Shown: piece after piece, positions 24,014-37,126 of the stretch
How positions within the stretch are numbered: the first letter of the stretch is position 1
Layout of the letters: each line of letters opens with the position of its first letter
DNA from: Octopus bimaculoides
Taxonomy: Eukaryota
Direction: 5' to 3'
Assembly: GCF_001194135.2 (NCBI RefSeq)
Contig: NC_068982.1
Location: 160,388,984-160,438,998 of the forward strand
DNA: 50,015 nucleotides
Notes under the pieces: model-generated
Database searches by the model: none
Told to the model about the DNA's origin: nothing
What the model saw: only the letters and a program-made list of their open reading frames with translations
Translations under genes and position numbers: made by a program

Positions 24014-25149
24014 TAGTTATAAAAAAATGGCAGTACTATATTATTCTAAAGGCTGGCTTTTGTAGAGTAAATATTTATTCATAAAGAATATTGTTGACAG
24101 TTTCGGCCATTTAAGCCATCGCCGTACTGCAGCCAGATGATTGCGTAACTAGTCTAAACTTCGAAGTCACTGGGAAATATATTCTTCCTTGAATAAGTGA
24201 GTAATACCATGCTTCAGTTTGACCAAACTTTTGTGAGTTAAATATGGAGAACGGAATCCGTGTGCAAGCCTATTAAAAACACCGATTAATTTCTTCACTA
24301 GCGCACTTAATCTATCATCCATTTTAACACTACTATTTAGTTATGTATACCTCGTTAAAGGTCTCTGGTCAGAAAACCAGAAAACCAGAAAACCAACTGA
24401 AAATTTTATGTGCATTTCCCATATCCATTCAGACTAATTCATAAAAAGATAAACTGAAGAAACATTTCTTTACTAAATCATCGTTTTTGAAAGCTCTTGA
24501 TTAGTGTTAATCATTTCAGAATATATTGCATTTATATGTTATTTGAAATTATTTTTATACATTTTGCCATTTTGAAAATTAGACTATATTCTGCTAAGTA
24601 ACGAATAGTGTTTTCTCATTTATTTTCAACAATTTGTTTTCTTTCAATTTTCTAAAACCAGTTAGAGCAAGACATTTTATTATCTTTTTAAGATTAATTC
24701 TAGCTTCCATCACTAAAGTTTAAGATTCTCAGTGAATTTGCTAGCTTACTATAATAATATTTGTATTCACTTAACAACAATATCGAGGAAGGGCGCAATT
24801 TTATTTCATTATAGTTTCGATGTTCTCTTATTATCCATAGCTTTGTGAAGTGTTTTAAATGTGTGATAATTTAATTTTCGTCATTCGTATTCACTCTATC
24901 TTTCTCCTGAAATAGTTTTATGATATTTTTTACTATGCGTAGGTTTAAGTGGATTTCTTTTAAAGGACGAGTTGTAATACTTGCGCACGTTTTAAGACTT
25001 ATATTATCTCTAATTCTAATATAAGTCGTCATAAAATATGCCTTACGTATGCATGAGATTTCGTTAGGTATTTATAAGTACGATTTTATGGGGAATTAAT
25101 CATATGTGAAAATGTATCATGTATTATCTTTTGCATCTAAGTATTATAT

Positions 25150-25740
25150 TTTATTTATTGTGAACCTCTCTATGCAGCTTTAATCTATTTCTAAGAAATC
25201 ATTGATTTCATTTCGTTTGTATTATTTTCATTTGAGTTATGTCTATTGGATTATGAACGACTTTTTTTCTGTCTGTTCTGAGTTCTGTTAATTATATATT
25301 AAAAATACACAGTAATATGTATATTTTAGTTTCTGTCTTAATTATATTATGCAAATATGCACTGGATGGTGTATGTTCGGAAATTATTTTTTGTATATCT
25401 ATATGCAAATAAGGTACGCTTTTCGTGTGGGTCGTTTAACATTCCAGATTACTTCTAATGCATTTGTTACTTGTTTCCCGCAGTATAACCGTATCAAACT
25501 AATTACATGTTGTTGTAAATCTTGCAAAAATGGCAATTCACGTTTTCATATGAATATTTCTTATTTCGGAAATCATTGCTCTTATATAAAGTTGGCTTCG
25601 TGTTGAGTTCTATTTTGTTTTACTATGGTTAATTGTTTGCTATAATAACAAAATCTTAAACATGGGTATATTTAATATAATTATAATTGAACATGATGAT
25701 TATCAATATTAAGCATGCCTGAAAGAATACACACACACAT

Positions 25741-25805
<65 letters not shown>

Positions 25806-26500
25806 CACACACGCACACACACATATATGCATGATCAGGGTTTTGTTCGATATTTATATGCCAGTAATTCTATAATACATTTACTTAAATGATCATAAAG
25901 GATAGTCACCATATTTTTCTTTTATTACTGTCAAAACATATCCCTTACAATGGTACATAATTCTTGCAAGAACCTCTACACATTCACACAACATTCTATG
26001 CATAGTCGCTATATATTCCACAGATCACGTTCTGATTTTTACTTAAAAGCGCCTAACCAGCAGAGTTGCATCATTTCAAAACTAAAACGATGTAAAGCGC
26101 ATTTTGATCAATGCGCTTTACATCTGATTATCTGATGGATACTGTGATTTTGATTCTAATTTTCTTCTGAATATAAAACAAAAATGGGAAATATATTATA
26201 AAACTGTTTTTCTCAGGTAGTGCTAATCAGAGATTCAGCAAGCATACAATATTTTTCTTCCATAAATTGTTTATTAACATGTCATTTCCAACCCCTTTTC
26301 TCTGAATGTAATAAATTTCGTTTCGGTTTTCGAAAATGCCTTTTATTCTTATTATCTGATAGTTCATTTTCTGTGCAACTTTCCTTTTCATCGACAGTAT
26401 CAAAGTCGTTTGAAAGAACAATGTATTTTCCATATTTTCTTGTAATAATTCGACTAGGGCATCAAATTATAGTCAAGATAATTTAAGGGATTAATATTGG
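25150..26500 (-). mobile_element. Possible degenerate Mutator-like (MULE) transposase remnant
   Basis: Minus-strand pieces CPSRIITRKYGKYIVLS, VTNALE and YKRNEINDFLEI occur in the order expected for a MULE transposase. It has many stops and is interrupted by a (CA)/(TA) microsatellite. Confidence 0.3.
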
Positions 26501-26834
26501 CTCTTCTTTCTTCCATAAAGAAATTAATATTGATTACTTTCTGCGGTATGGAAAATGTCTATTGGCAGAATGAAATAAAAACAAAAGCGATATCCCAGAA
26601 CAATTGAATATTTCAGCTAGGATAGAGTAGCTTTTAAGTATAATGCTTTCACAAAATTGCATCCTTTATTATAAGTTCTTTATATAACATGCTACCTATA
26701 TAATTTGGATTGTATTACAATATTTACGTAACTTACTCACAACAATCTGTATATACATGCATACATACATACATACATACATACACACGTGCACACATAC
26801 ATATATATGCACGTATACATGTATGTACGTATAC

Positions 26835-26922
<88 letters not shown>

Positions 26923-26932
26923 ATGTGTAAAT

Positions 26933-27051
26933 ACCGATAGAATAAGTACTAGGTTTACAAAGAATAAGTCCTGGGGTCGATTTCTTCGCCTAAATGCGGT
27001 GCTCCAGCATGTCCACAGTCAAATGACTAAAAGAAGTAGAAGAGTAAAGAG

Positions 27052-27052
<1 letters not shown>
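26933..27052 (+). mobile_element. SINE family 2, 3' half
   Basis: ACCGATAGAATAAGTACTAG...GTCCTGGGGTCGATTT..GCGGTGCTCCAGCATG.CCACAGTCAAATGACT matches 22014-22100. Confidence 0.88.
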
Positions 27053-27082
<30 letters not shown>

Positions 27083-27193
27083 GTATATACATATATAAAT
27101 ATATATATGTATATATATATGTATGTATATACATGCTAACATACATACAGATATATAAATATATATGTATATATATATACATATATATGTATA

Positions 27194-27286
<93 letters not shown>

Positions 27287-27634
27287 NNNNNNNNNNNNNN
27301 NNNNNNNNNNNNNNNNNNNNNNNNNNNNNNNNNNNNNNNNNNNNNNNNNNNNNNNNNNNNNNNNNNNNNNNNNNNNNNNNNNNNNNNNNNNNNNNNNNNN
27401 NNNNNNNNNNNNNNNNNNNNNNNNNNNNNNNNNNNNNNNNNNNNNNNNNNNNNNNNNNNNNNNNNNNNNNNNNNNNNNNNNNNNNNNNNNNNNNNNNNNN
27501 NNNNNNNNNNNNNNNNNNNNNNNNNNNNNNNNNNNNNNNNNNNNNNNNNNNNNNNNNNNNNNNNNNNNNNNNNNNNNNNNNNNNNNNNNNNNNNNNNNNN
27601 NNNNNNNNNNNNNNNNNNNNNNNNNNNNNNNNNN
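27287..27634. other. Assembly gap (N run) inside a large TA/GT microsatellite field (~26750-27690)
   Basis: N run. Confidence 1.
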
Positions 27635-27657
27635 ATATATATATATGTATGTATGTA

Positions 27658-27688
<31 letters not shown>

Positions 27689-28252
27689 TCCATATAAAGA
27701 TATGAGGTTGTTAAAGATAGATAGAGAGAGAGGAGGGAGAGAGATAGAGGGAGAGAGAGAGGGAGACAGTGAGAGGAACATACTATAAGTTAGAAGGAAT
27801 CTGTGACGTAACGTTCCGATATAACGATTGCCTAGAGTCAATATATTCTGATAGTGACTTCAACTGTTTTAATCAAAGCTCAGTTCTATTGAAGAGGTTG
27901 GAGATTTTATTTTCAATGAAATTAAAATATTTATTAATATGACAAAAACCTATGACAAGCAGATGGAATCCCATCTCCGAGCGAAGATTATGTTTATCGA
28001 TTGCGGTTGGAAGGTAATGGCTTTAGAATTGAGATATTTATCTTGAATCAATGCCCGAAGTCATTTCGTGTGCAGAAATGATGGAAAATATTGCTCTTCT
28101 TTTTCGTATGTTATTTGCTTTCCTTCGAAATGCACAATACCTTTTATATGGAACGTTTAACGCTTGAGTTTACACACACGTGTACACATACAAATATAGC
28201 ATACATACATGTGTGTTTGCAGGAGTGAGTGTGTGGGTTTACGTGTGTGTGC

Positions 28253-28289
<37 letters not shown>

Positions 28290-29272
28290 CCTATATACAT
28301 ATATCTTTATGGGGAAACTAATGCCGTACACTCTCATATATTACACAATTCATATCGTATTCTGTATTGCTCTCTTTTATTTAAAGCTTTTGCGCATTTA
28401 TTTATATTATTACTTTTAATCTTTAATGATCTACCTATTCCAAATTTCTCCAAACGAACACGAACCACACGCGTCTATATATATTTATGTATACATGTAT
28501 GTAATTGTATAAGGGTATGTGTCTTTGCGCGTGTTTAACTTGAGGAAAATATAATGGAGTCGGTAAGATTATAGTTTTAATGGTTGAGTTATGATTAGTA
28601 CCTAGAAGAATTGTATGAGATAATCTCAAATATTTACTTTACATTAGTAACGTTTGCTACGTTCGCATGTGACAATATCTTAGCAGAGCTATTTTCAATC
28701 ACTAATATAATTAGTAGAAATGGTAGATTTATATTATGTAAGATATTTGCAAACTTAAGGCAGATTGATAACGTATTTCTCATTGTCGTTGCATAGCCCC
28801 AGTTTTATATTAATGTAGCAGACATACGTTAAACTTATTTTTACCGTGTCTATCAAGTAATTTATGAGCTAGCTAGTACTACAGTAACTAATGTGTATTG
28901 CCACTAGATGAAATAATCATGGGAATTATCTATCATATCCAATAGCTACGACCGTAAATCAGCAGACCCTCTTTTCAAAGAAAAGAATAACAGTAAATTG
29001 TGCAACAAGGTCTAATACATTTTCCAGATATATTTTGTGTTTTTATAGAAAGGTAAACATTGTAAGGAAATATAAATGGCAAAAATGTATATTTCCCCGT
29101 AGGGTATTTGCCGACCACTTATCATTTGCCATGATTCTGTTGATCTTCCTGACAGCCAGTTGTTTTTGGATAAGCTTTTAATATGTAAACACGAAAATAA
29201 GTATATAAAACAGCATATTTAAAATGGTCAGTAGCTTTTGATATAGTTATATATATATGATTAAGATCAGTA

Positions 29273-29306
<34 letters not shown>

Positions 29307-29339
29307 TGTATGTTTGTATGTATGTATGTATGTATACTC

Positions 29340-29588
29340 TCTCTTTTTATTCTCTCTGTTTATTTCCCCATGTTCCTGTCTGTTGAAGAGCGTAGGCTCG
29401 AAACGTAAAAGGCTTTTTCACGTTCCCGTTCGTCGAAGAGTTTTGTTTAGTGAAACAAAACTGTCCGACAAACGGAAGGGCGAAACTCTGAGTAACAGTT
29501 TTGGTGATATTTTTTTAATAAAGCATATTACTCCACCTCTGGTATTCGAGTACTACTTTTCCACCTTGTTTCGCATTTATGTGCTTCT

Positions 29589-29590
<2 letters not shown>
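29340..29590 (+). repeat. Dispersed non-coding repeat with a minimal hammerhead-like motif (29375-29412) and a perfect 10-bp hairpin (29439-29462)
   Basis: Its 5' part is the reverse complement of 3980-4050. The hairpin is AGTTTTGTTT-agtg-AAACAAAACT. Confidence 0.55.
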
Positions 29591-29644
<54 letters not shown>

Positions 29645-31740
29645 CATACATACATACATACATACATACATACATACATACATACACACACACGCATTCA
29701 TACATACATGATGTGTGTGTGTGTGTGTGTGTATAATATTAATTTCTTTATTGGTTCAGCCATTATCGTGTATGGAAGGAAAATACAGGAAAATCATTTC
29801 GTCCCTTTCATTGTCATTTTTTCCCTGTTCCCCATTTAAAGAAATTCAAGAATTTATTTTCTCTACACACCCATTAGCTAACATTCCTACGTTTTTAAAA
29901 TCAATGTCCATCCTTTTCCTCTATTTAGTACGTCTTCAGAATAGTTGAACAGTAAATAGATAGACAATAACTTAATCAGATTATTATATTAGAGTAACAG
30001 TCTTCATTTTAAATTAGCTGTTTAATGAAGAGAGACGATGAAAGATGTACTACCGAGACACAGTTTTTGAGATAGAGATAATTCGGAATGTGCTTAATTT
30101 ATTTTCTGTTACTATCAAAGTAAATGCAATCAGTTTATCTTTCGAGTCCGGCAATGTTATTGACAATCTTTATCATTAACTATTTGTTTTTAGATTCAGC
30201 CACCCATTACACGTGTGTGTGTATATCCTGACAGATGTGAGAGGTACTTACAAGTGTTTTTGTCTGTATTTTTCCTTGGCAGAATGCCTGTAAAAAATCA
30301 CGCCAAAATCATCTTCATGCGAATGAGTACTATAGTGTAATACCTTATACAATTTTGTCTCTCTTTAGTTATTGGGTCCCCTATTTCCATATAAGAATGA
30401 ACGTATATGAAATTCATATCCTTTGTATTTCCTTTTCAAATTTTCCGTTTGATAAGTGAACCAAGCTATTATATTTATCATACATTTAATATTTCATGCA
30501 TATTTTATATCTGTGAACTGCCTACTTCTTTATCTTGTCTCCATAATAGCGTAATGGAACAATAGATTAGCAGTTAATAAATCATGGTATTTAACTAATT
30601 TTTTCCTTTTAAATTCCAAGGATATCGAGTGGGATGGAAGAAGAAACAAGAAAAAAGAACATTTGTTTCTGGATAGCAATTATTTTTAACGTACAAAGTC
30701 ATTTCATTTTTTTTATCGTAATGATAACAAGCTATTCAAGTGTGAAACGAATTACCTTACAGAAGATTTTCATAATTAGCCTTTTACAAGTAGTGTCAGT
30801 GATACTTCCTACGTCAGTTCGTACGAATAATGCAACACACTATGTAAAGTTGCTTTTGTACTAACCACTATCAATCCAGCATACCAAAACATTCTCAGGC
30901 GAATGAAAGCCTATTACGATAGGGCAATAGGCTGTCATGGAAGGAAAAGGACCAAGCTGCATATGGAGGAAAATATTGTATTGTAGCGGTAAACCTGAAA
31001 ACTGATATCCTGGAGCTTATGGTATTAGTGCTTACGTTTATGAGAATGTGATAGGATATATCTAAGTGAATGTTTTCAGTTACACTTCTATCTGAATTGG
31101 ATGAGACAAAGAATGCCCACAGTTAGTGTCATGTTTAGTCGGTGTAAAACAAAGAATCTTCGACATTTTCCCTAATAACAAAATCATTTTCATTGAGTTG
31201 ATATGATTAAAATTTGATCCTACTATGTAATGTCACCAAATAGATTTTGATAATAATAAAAAAATACCTGAAGGTTAGCGATGCACATGATATAATTGTT
31301 TTTTTTTTTTGTTTTTTTTTTGCCTATGTTATGTATTTGGTCCCGATATTTCTGACGGTTTCACGGGGCTGCATTGACAAAAAACTTTATTTCAAACAGC
31401 TGAAATTATTTATTTCAATACTGTCGGTTTTACTATATTTGGATCTTTACCCTTTGAACTGCACATCGAGAAATTAATTTTTTTCTAACTAAACACTTTC
31501 AAACTTCGGACACTGGTAGAATGTGTCATATAAAATATATTTTACTCTTAGTGTTGTTGAGAAAAGTTTATATTTTTAAAGTTATTTCGTGTTAAATTTG
31601 TCGTATTTCAGTAATTTCAGCCAATCAATGACGTGTATTCAACTGAATAAAATTACTGCCGTTGTTTGTCAACAATAACTATCGGCGGTGTATATTTCGT
31701 TTGTCACTGTTATTTATGACATCGTTCGTGTGCTTGTACT

Positions 31741-31812
31741 GGTTTTAGCTTTAGGGTTTTAGGGTTAGTGTTTAGGGTTTTAGAGTTAAGGTTAGGGTTT
31801 TAGAGTTGGGGT
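31741..31812 (+). repeat. Interstitial degenerate telomere-like (TTAGGG/TTTAGGG/TTTTAGGG variants) array
   Basis: About 10 variant units: GGTTTTAG CTTTAGGG TTTTAGGG TTAGTG TTTAGGG TTTTAGAG TTAAGG TTAGGG TTTTAGAG TTGGGG. Confidence 0.8.
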
Positions 31813-31956
31813 TCTCGAGTCAAGTGGAAGACTGGCACCTTTATGGCATTATATTAATACTTTATCTTTATAATAGATGTTAAATTAGAAAGAAGCCTCT
31901 TCTTGTATATCTAACAAAACTCATCAAACTACACTATTTTTCCTCTCTATATAAGT

Positions 31957-31996
<40 letters not shown>

Positions 31997-32006
31997 NNNN
32001 NNNNNN
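31997..32006. other. Assembly gap (10 N)
   Basis: N run in (TA)n. Confidence 1.
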
Positions 32007-34529
32007 ATATATACGTATGTATACAAGCACATGTGTACACATTTATATGCCCAAGTATGAGTGCACGTACATCAGAGCATAAAGTAATAAAACTATTTAA
32101 TTGAATTTCAAACGTTACCAATACGATTCTAAGTTCCATATTTCTGGTTACCCGTTATTAGTGGTTTGACGATAAATATGTATTTATAACCATTCGATTG
32201 AAGATACACAAACGTAAATTATTTGAAAATAAACACGTAATTTAATTTGGGATCACATATATTTTGGCGTTGATGTAGAATTCGGTCTCATATGAAAAAG
32301 TGAAAATTAATATTAAAAGATTAAAGATAAAAGAAAATATGTTTGAGAAATTATAGAGAAAAAGTTAAAAGGAAAAATGACAACAAAACAAATAGATTAA
32401 GAAAATGTTTTAGAGCGATCCTATATATTGATTTAAGCACAATTATTGATTAAAAAACGACTGTGTATCAGTGGCGCTTGTGATTGAAAATAGGGAAAAC
32501 ATGACAAGTAGGATGGTAAGAGAAAATACTGAGATACGTGGAAGTTTCGGTTCTATTATGTAATAGGAAAATATAAAGAAAAGTTTTACAGTATTGCGTA
32601 TTGAAATAGGAGCGATATAGAGCAATGAAGTAACGAGTAAGAAAGACAAATAATACAAAAAAAGCTAATGTATAATACAGGTTTCGAGCGATATAACATT
32701 TTGTCGTAGAACAACCACGTGAACTATTCGAAGCTATACCAAAAGTGTTAAATATCACCAGATAAAATTATTGATGCGTAAATGTCAGATGGATCTAGTA
32801 GGGAAATAAATGTATTGGATTGCGACATATATTTAATTGTAAAAGAAAAATTTGCATCAGAATATTATAGTAAAATGACAATTTGTGTTAGCTAAATAAT
32901 TTTGAGTTTATAATATATACTATATCATGTTTTAATTTATGCTATAGAATAGCTTCCCTTCCCAGTGGCATAATTTACAAACTTTCTTTTTTATCAAAAG
33001 CGTTTCCATGTTTCTAATGACATGTAGTTACTTTTCAAAGGTTTATATGTTTGGTTTAATGAACTTGAAAATGTATACGCTTTTTCCTTCATTCCAAATG
33101 TTTTAATACTCCATTTCCCATACGCATTCACATACTATATTGCTAATGAAGATACTCTTAAACCCTTTTTTAAAACCTCAGCGGGAACTCAAAACATATG
33201 TGCGTAAATATAAAAAGAAAAATATAATTCAGATAAGCATTAGGGAAGATTTGACATAAATCTCCAATCAAATATATGCAAACAAACACTCAGAAACTTA
33301 TACACATAGACACAAATATATTCATCACTTCGACATTGGCTGACTAAACGAGCAGTGATAGCTACATAGAATCGTTTCGCATAGCTTATAAATATTCCCT
33401 ATTTTCCTTACATTGTATATGTTCGCTAGATGAAAGAGGTATGGAGGAAAATAGAGTACCTCTCTTTTTTTGGCGTATGTGTTCTCCAAGAATGTGACAT
33501 AATCTCTTCCATTGCAGTTGCTAAATGAAAGTTGCTAAGCTGAGTCTCAGTTGAGACGAAAAGAAAGATTAAGTTTGGCTTATCGACAATCTCTCCCTCA
33601 GTATATCGCAGCTTTCTTTCTTGTGCATTTATAGATGAGCTGGTACCGCGAACCATTAGCAAAATTGTCAATGGTAAGCTATATTTTTCCTTGTGACGCT
33701 TCCAGACGTGTCAATTGTTTTCTGCTATCTGCTTGCATCAGTGGGAATGCTTGTTGAACAGGAATAAAAGTAGTGGTTGATGAGTCATATTAAGAACGCT
33801 TCTCTGGATTTTCTCAGGTAGGTTACGCATGATTAAACAGGGCTTTTCTTATATAGTGTACGGTCGACGCCTGGAGTTGCAGCAGCTGTGGTTGGAAATG
33901 TGTTGATGGTTCCCTCTGATTCTTCAGTTTTTTGTTTCCTGACTTGCGTCGTTACGGATCAGCAGCATTAATGAACGATGGATGATGATAATGCAGAGGT
34001 TTATCGATCGGGAGCATGTTTAGTAGGATTAAATTTTTTTGAGATGATAAATTTTAGAATAATTGTTTAGGTACTATGGTAATGGTTTGAATTAGTGGTG
34101 CGGTTCTAGAGCAATTTTTGATTTAGAAATGGTCCTGAGATTATGGATTTTGAAAGTGTTGTGGGTGAAGCAAAATTGCCGCTTGGAAGTATTGTCATAA
34201 CGCTTACACTAGCTGACAAGTTGTGCTGTGTGTTAGCAGATGTATTGAATTATTCGTGCTGGTGCAGATAGTAGTATTATCGACAATACAACGGTAGGTG
34301 ATGGTGATGATATTTGCGACGGCTAGATGCTGCTGGGTGAATAAATTTAGCAGTAGGCGTAAAGGATACTGTAATTAAAGAGTGAAGTTTTCTACTGCCA
34401 CCAGAGATTTGGGAATAGACAGACAAGTTTACCATGTCAGAGCTATAGTTACGTTGTCTGTTTTGTTCATTTATTTTTCACACTGCGGAAATGTGCCTGG
34501 GAGAGACATGTAGACAGATATCATTTATC

Positions 34530-34887
34530 TTTTATTTTTTTCTTGTTCCAGCCATTGTGCAGCCGTTATGCTGGAGCATAGCCTTGAAGTGTCTAATTCG
34601 ACATAACGACACCAGTAATTACCATTTTAAAGCTTGTTGCTTAGTCTATCGGTTTCTTAAGCTGAAACACTTGGTTGTGGTAACGTAAACAAACCAACAT
34701 CGGTTGTCAAGCGGCAGAGTGGAACAAAAATAAACACATATAAATATGATACTTAATCCATCTGCAACAATTTGGTTGACTTGGGAATAAAGTAGAAAGC
34801 ACCTGCACAATATGCCAAGCAGTGGGGCTGAGCCGAGAACCGAATAGTTAGATATCAAGCTTCATAATGCACAACCACGCCTCCGCC
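34530..34887 (-). mobile_element. SINE family 2, diverged copy
   Basis: The reverse complement is colinear with 21731-22100: ATGCTGGAGCA.GCCTT, CTATCGGT, CCAACATCGGTTGTCAAGCG, ACAACCACGCCTCCGCC. Confidence 0.8.
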
Positions 34888-34917
34888 CACTGATATCTCT
34901 AGAAATATACAAATATA

Positions 34918-34960
34918 TCGGATCATCCCATAAATAATGCGTTTTTTCAATTGCATGAAC
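34918..34960 (+). mobile_element. Isolated 5' terminus (TIR plus ~20 bp) of the same mariner family as 2290-3526
   Basis: TA|TCGGATCATCCCATAAATAATGCGTTTTTTCAATTGCATGAA matches the reverse complement of 3484-3526 (TAGACTCATCCCATAAATATATGCTTTTTTCAATTGTATGAA). Confidence 0.8.
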
Positions 34961-34964
34961 TAAA

Positions 34965-36539
34965 AGTCTGCTCTTCTGGAAACAGGTTGTTTTCTTACAG
35001 GCGCTTGCTCAATCTCTGCGATATTATTGCAGTAAAGGCTTTTTAGATCGTAGGGAGACAGATTATAGGTCTGTAGTTTTGTGGTTTCTCCGTTTCCGTG
35101 GATTTGGGAATTAAGATGGTTTTCCCTTTCGTGAGCCATTCAGGCATTGTCTCTGGCTCTGCTAGTATGTTGTTAAAGTTTTCAGCCAACTTTTTGTGTA
35201 TTCCTGTCAGATATTTTAACCAGAAGTTGGGGATCTTATCGTGCCCAGGCGCCTTCCAGTTCCTTAATCTTTGCAGTGCATGGGTGAACACTTCAGTTGC
35301 TATAAGGGTCCAGAGTTGCTCAGGTGCTAAGTTCGTTGTTTTGATAGTCCTTTTCTGAGTTTGTTCATTCACCGACTGTATTTCATTCCAAAATTCTTCT
35401 ATTTCTTCTGCTGTTGGTGCTGCAGCGATGTCTATTTTATTTTTGACTAGGTCTTGGTAGAATTTTGGGGGGTTGGAGTTGAACTGCTTGTTTTGTTCAA
35501 AGAAACGTTGGTGTTTCTCATACCAGCGGATCCTTTGTGCTTTGGCAAGGATATCTTGATTTAGCTTTTCTTTTACCTCAGGTAAATCTTTTTCTGTAAT
35601 GTATTTGCACAGTATCTTTTGTTTCCTTCTTGTTACTTAGCAGTGTTGATTGTCTACTAATTGCGTTAAGACTCGACAGATCTTTTTCGTTTACAAAAAT
35701 TTTGCGGGTATATTATTTATCCACAGTGTTTGTTTGGGTGGTGGGACTCCTCTTTGGATGGGTTTGAGGGAGTATCCAGCTTCTTTTGTGGCTGCAGTGG
35801 CTCCTGCATAGGTTATGTCATTTACCTCAGTGATATTGCCATTTGTTTCTGTGGCTATTAGTTCCGTGACGGCCAGGTTTATGCTTTTTATTATTGATGT
35901 TGTTTTACTGTCTATTTTGATTTTGGGGAGGTATAATCGGTGGTCCATTCTGAGATCTGTGGTTTTCAGTTCTTTGATTATTCTCATTTTTATAGTATCA
36001 TAATCATTAGGTTCCCTGACTGTTTCTAGGTCTTAGATTTGTTTCTCCTTTCTCATTCATATGTTTGTCTGTAGTGTTCTGGATTGGTGCTTTTTGTACA
36101 TTATTATACATCCCTACGGTCTGGGTTTCTTGTTTTTTGTTTACTTCGTTTTTGTTGGAAATGTTACGTTTGTCTTGGTGTTTTACTATCTCAGTGTTTA
36201 TATTATTATTTGGCATTGTTGTGCGGCTACTATCTACATTTTCCTGATGTATTTGTCCTTTTAATTGTTCTATTTCTATTTCTGATTTTTTTTTTTTTTT
36301 TTTTTGCTTTCAGAATATATCTTCGTATTTTAGCTAGTTTATTAGGGTTCATTGATGTAGCCAAGTCTTTATTTAGCATATTTTTCTTCCATAATATATT
36401 TTTATATGTTGTTGAGTTTTCGCTCTTTGGGCAGAGCACTGTTGTAAAATAATAACATGAGGAACAACGTCCGGCCCTTTATTTTGACGGTCATCATTTT
36501 CGTAGGGTACCAGTCCATTCATTTCTGTTGTCAAATTGT
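34965..36539 (-). mobile_element. R4/Dong-type LINE fragment: N-terminal region through early RT, 3' truncated
   Basis: LRNWKAPGHDKIPNFWLKYL...PEWLTKGKTILIPK..KPQNYRPIICLPTI*KAFTAII...NNLFPEEQ. The N-terminal part duplicates 37916-38160. Confidence 0.88.
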
Positions 36540-37126
36540 CAGCTGTCTCGCAACTCTCCTGTGCAGAGCTATCAAGTTTTTTAAGCCAAAAGCCCTGAAC
36601 CGCATCTGGGCCAGGCGCTTTCCAGTCTGGAATTCTCCTGCACTGTTCAATAATTACCTCCTCGGTTATTCTCAAATCCTCCTGCTGATAATCTCCCCTC
36701 TCTTCTTTGAGTGTCTTTAACCACTCTTAATCAGATTCATGTTGCTTCTCCTGAGACCATATGTTTGCTCGGAACCTTTTGCCCTCTTCAGTATCCGGCA
36801 CGGCTTTTTCACCTTTTTCTTTCCCATCCAGTTCCTGATAGACTCGTTTCTGATTTTGTTCGAAATGTCTGTTTAATCTGTATTGCTCAATTCTCTGTTC
36901 ATACCTCTTTAGCGTATGTGTTTTAGCTTTCAACCTCTGTTTTAATTCCTCAGTCACAACAGTGATTCTCTTTCTCTTCACCCTGTACTTCCTCTCTCGC
37001 TCAACATATTTCTCTCGCTTAGCTTCATTTCTTTTTTCCCATTCCAGAATATTAAAATGTTTCCTGATCTCGTTAATAGTCTGCGTTATTCTCCTTTTCG
37101 ACTATGGTTCCTTCAGGTTATGTTGA

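Noticed and set aside
29432-29495. Possible second hammerhead (GTCGAAGAG...GGGCGAAACTCT)
   Set aside because: There is no CUGANGA and no consistent stem I/III. Only the simple 10-bp hairpin is supported.
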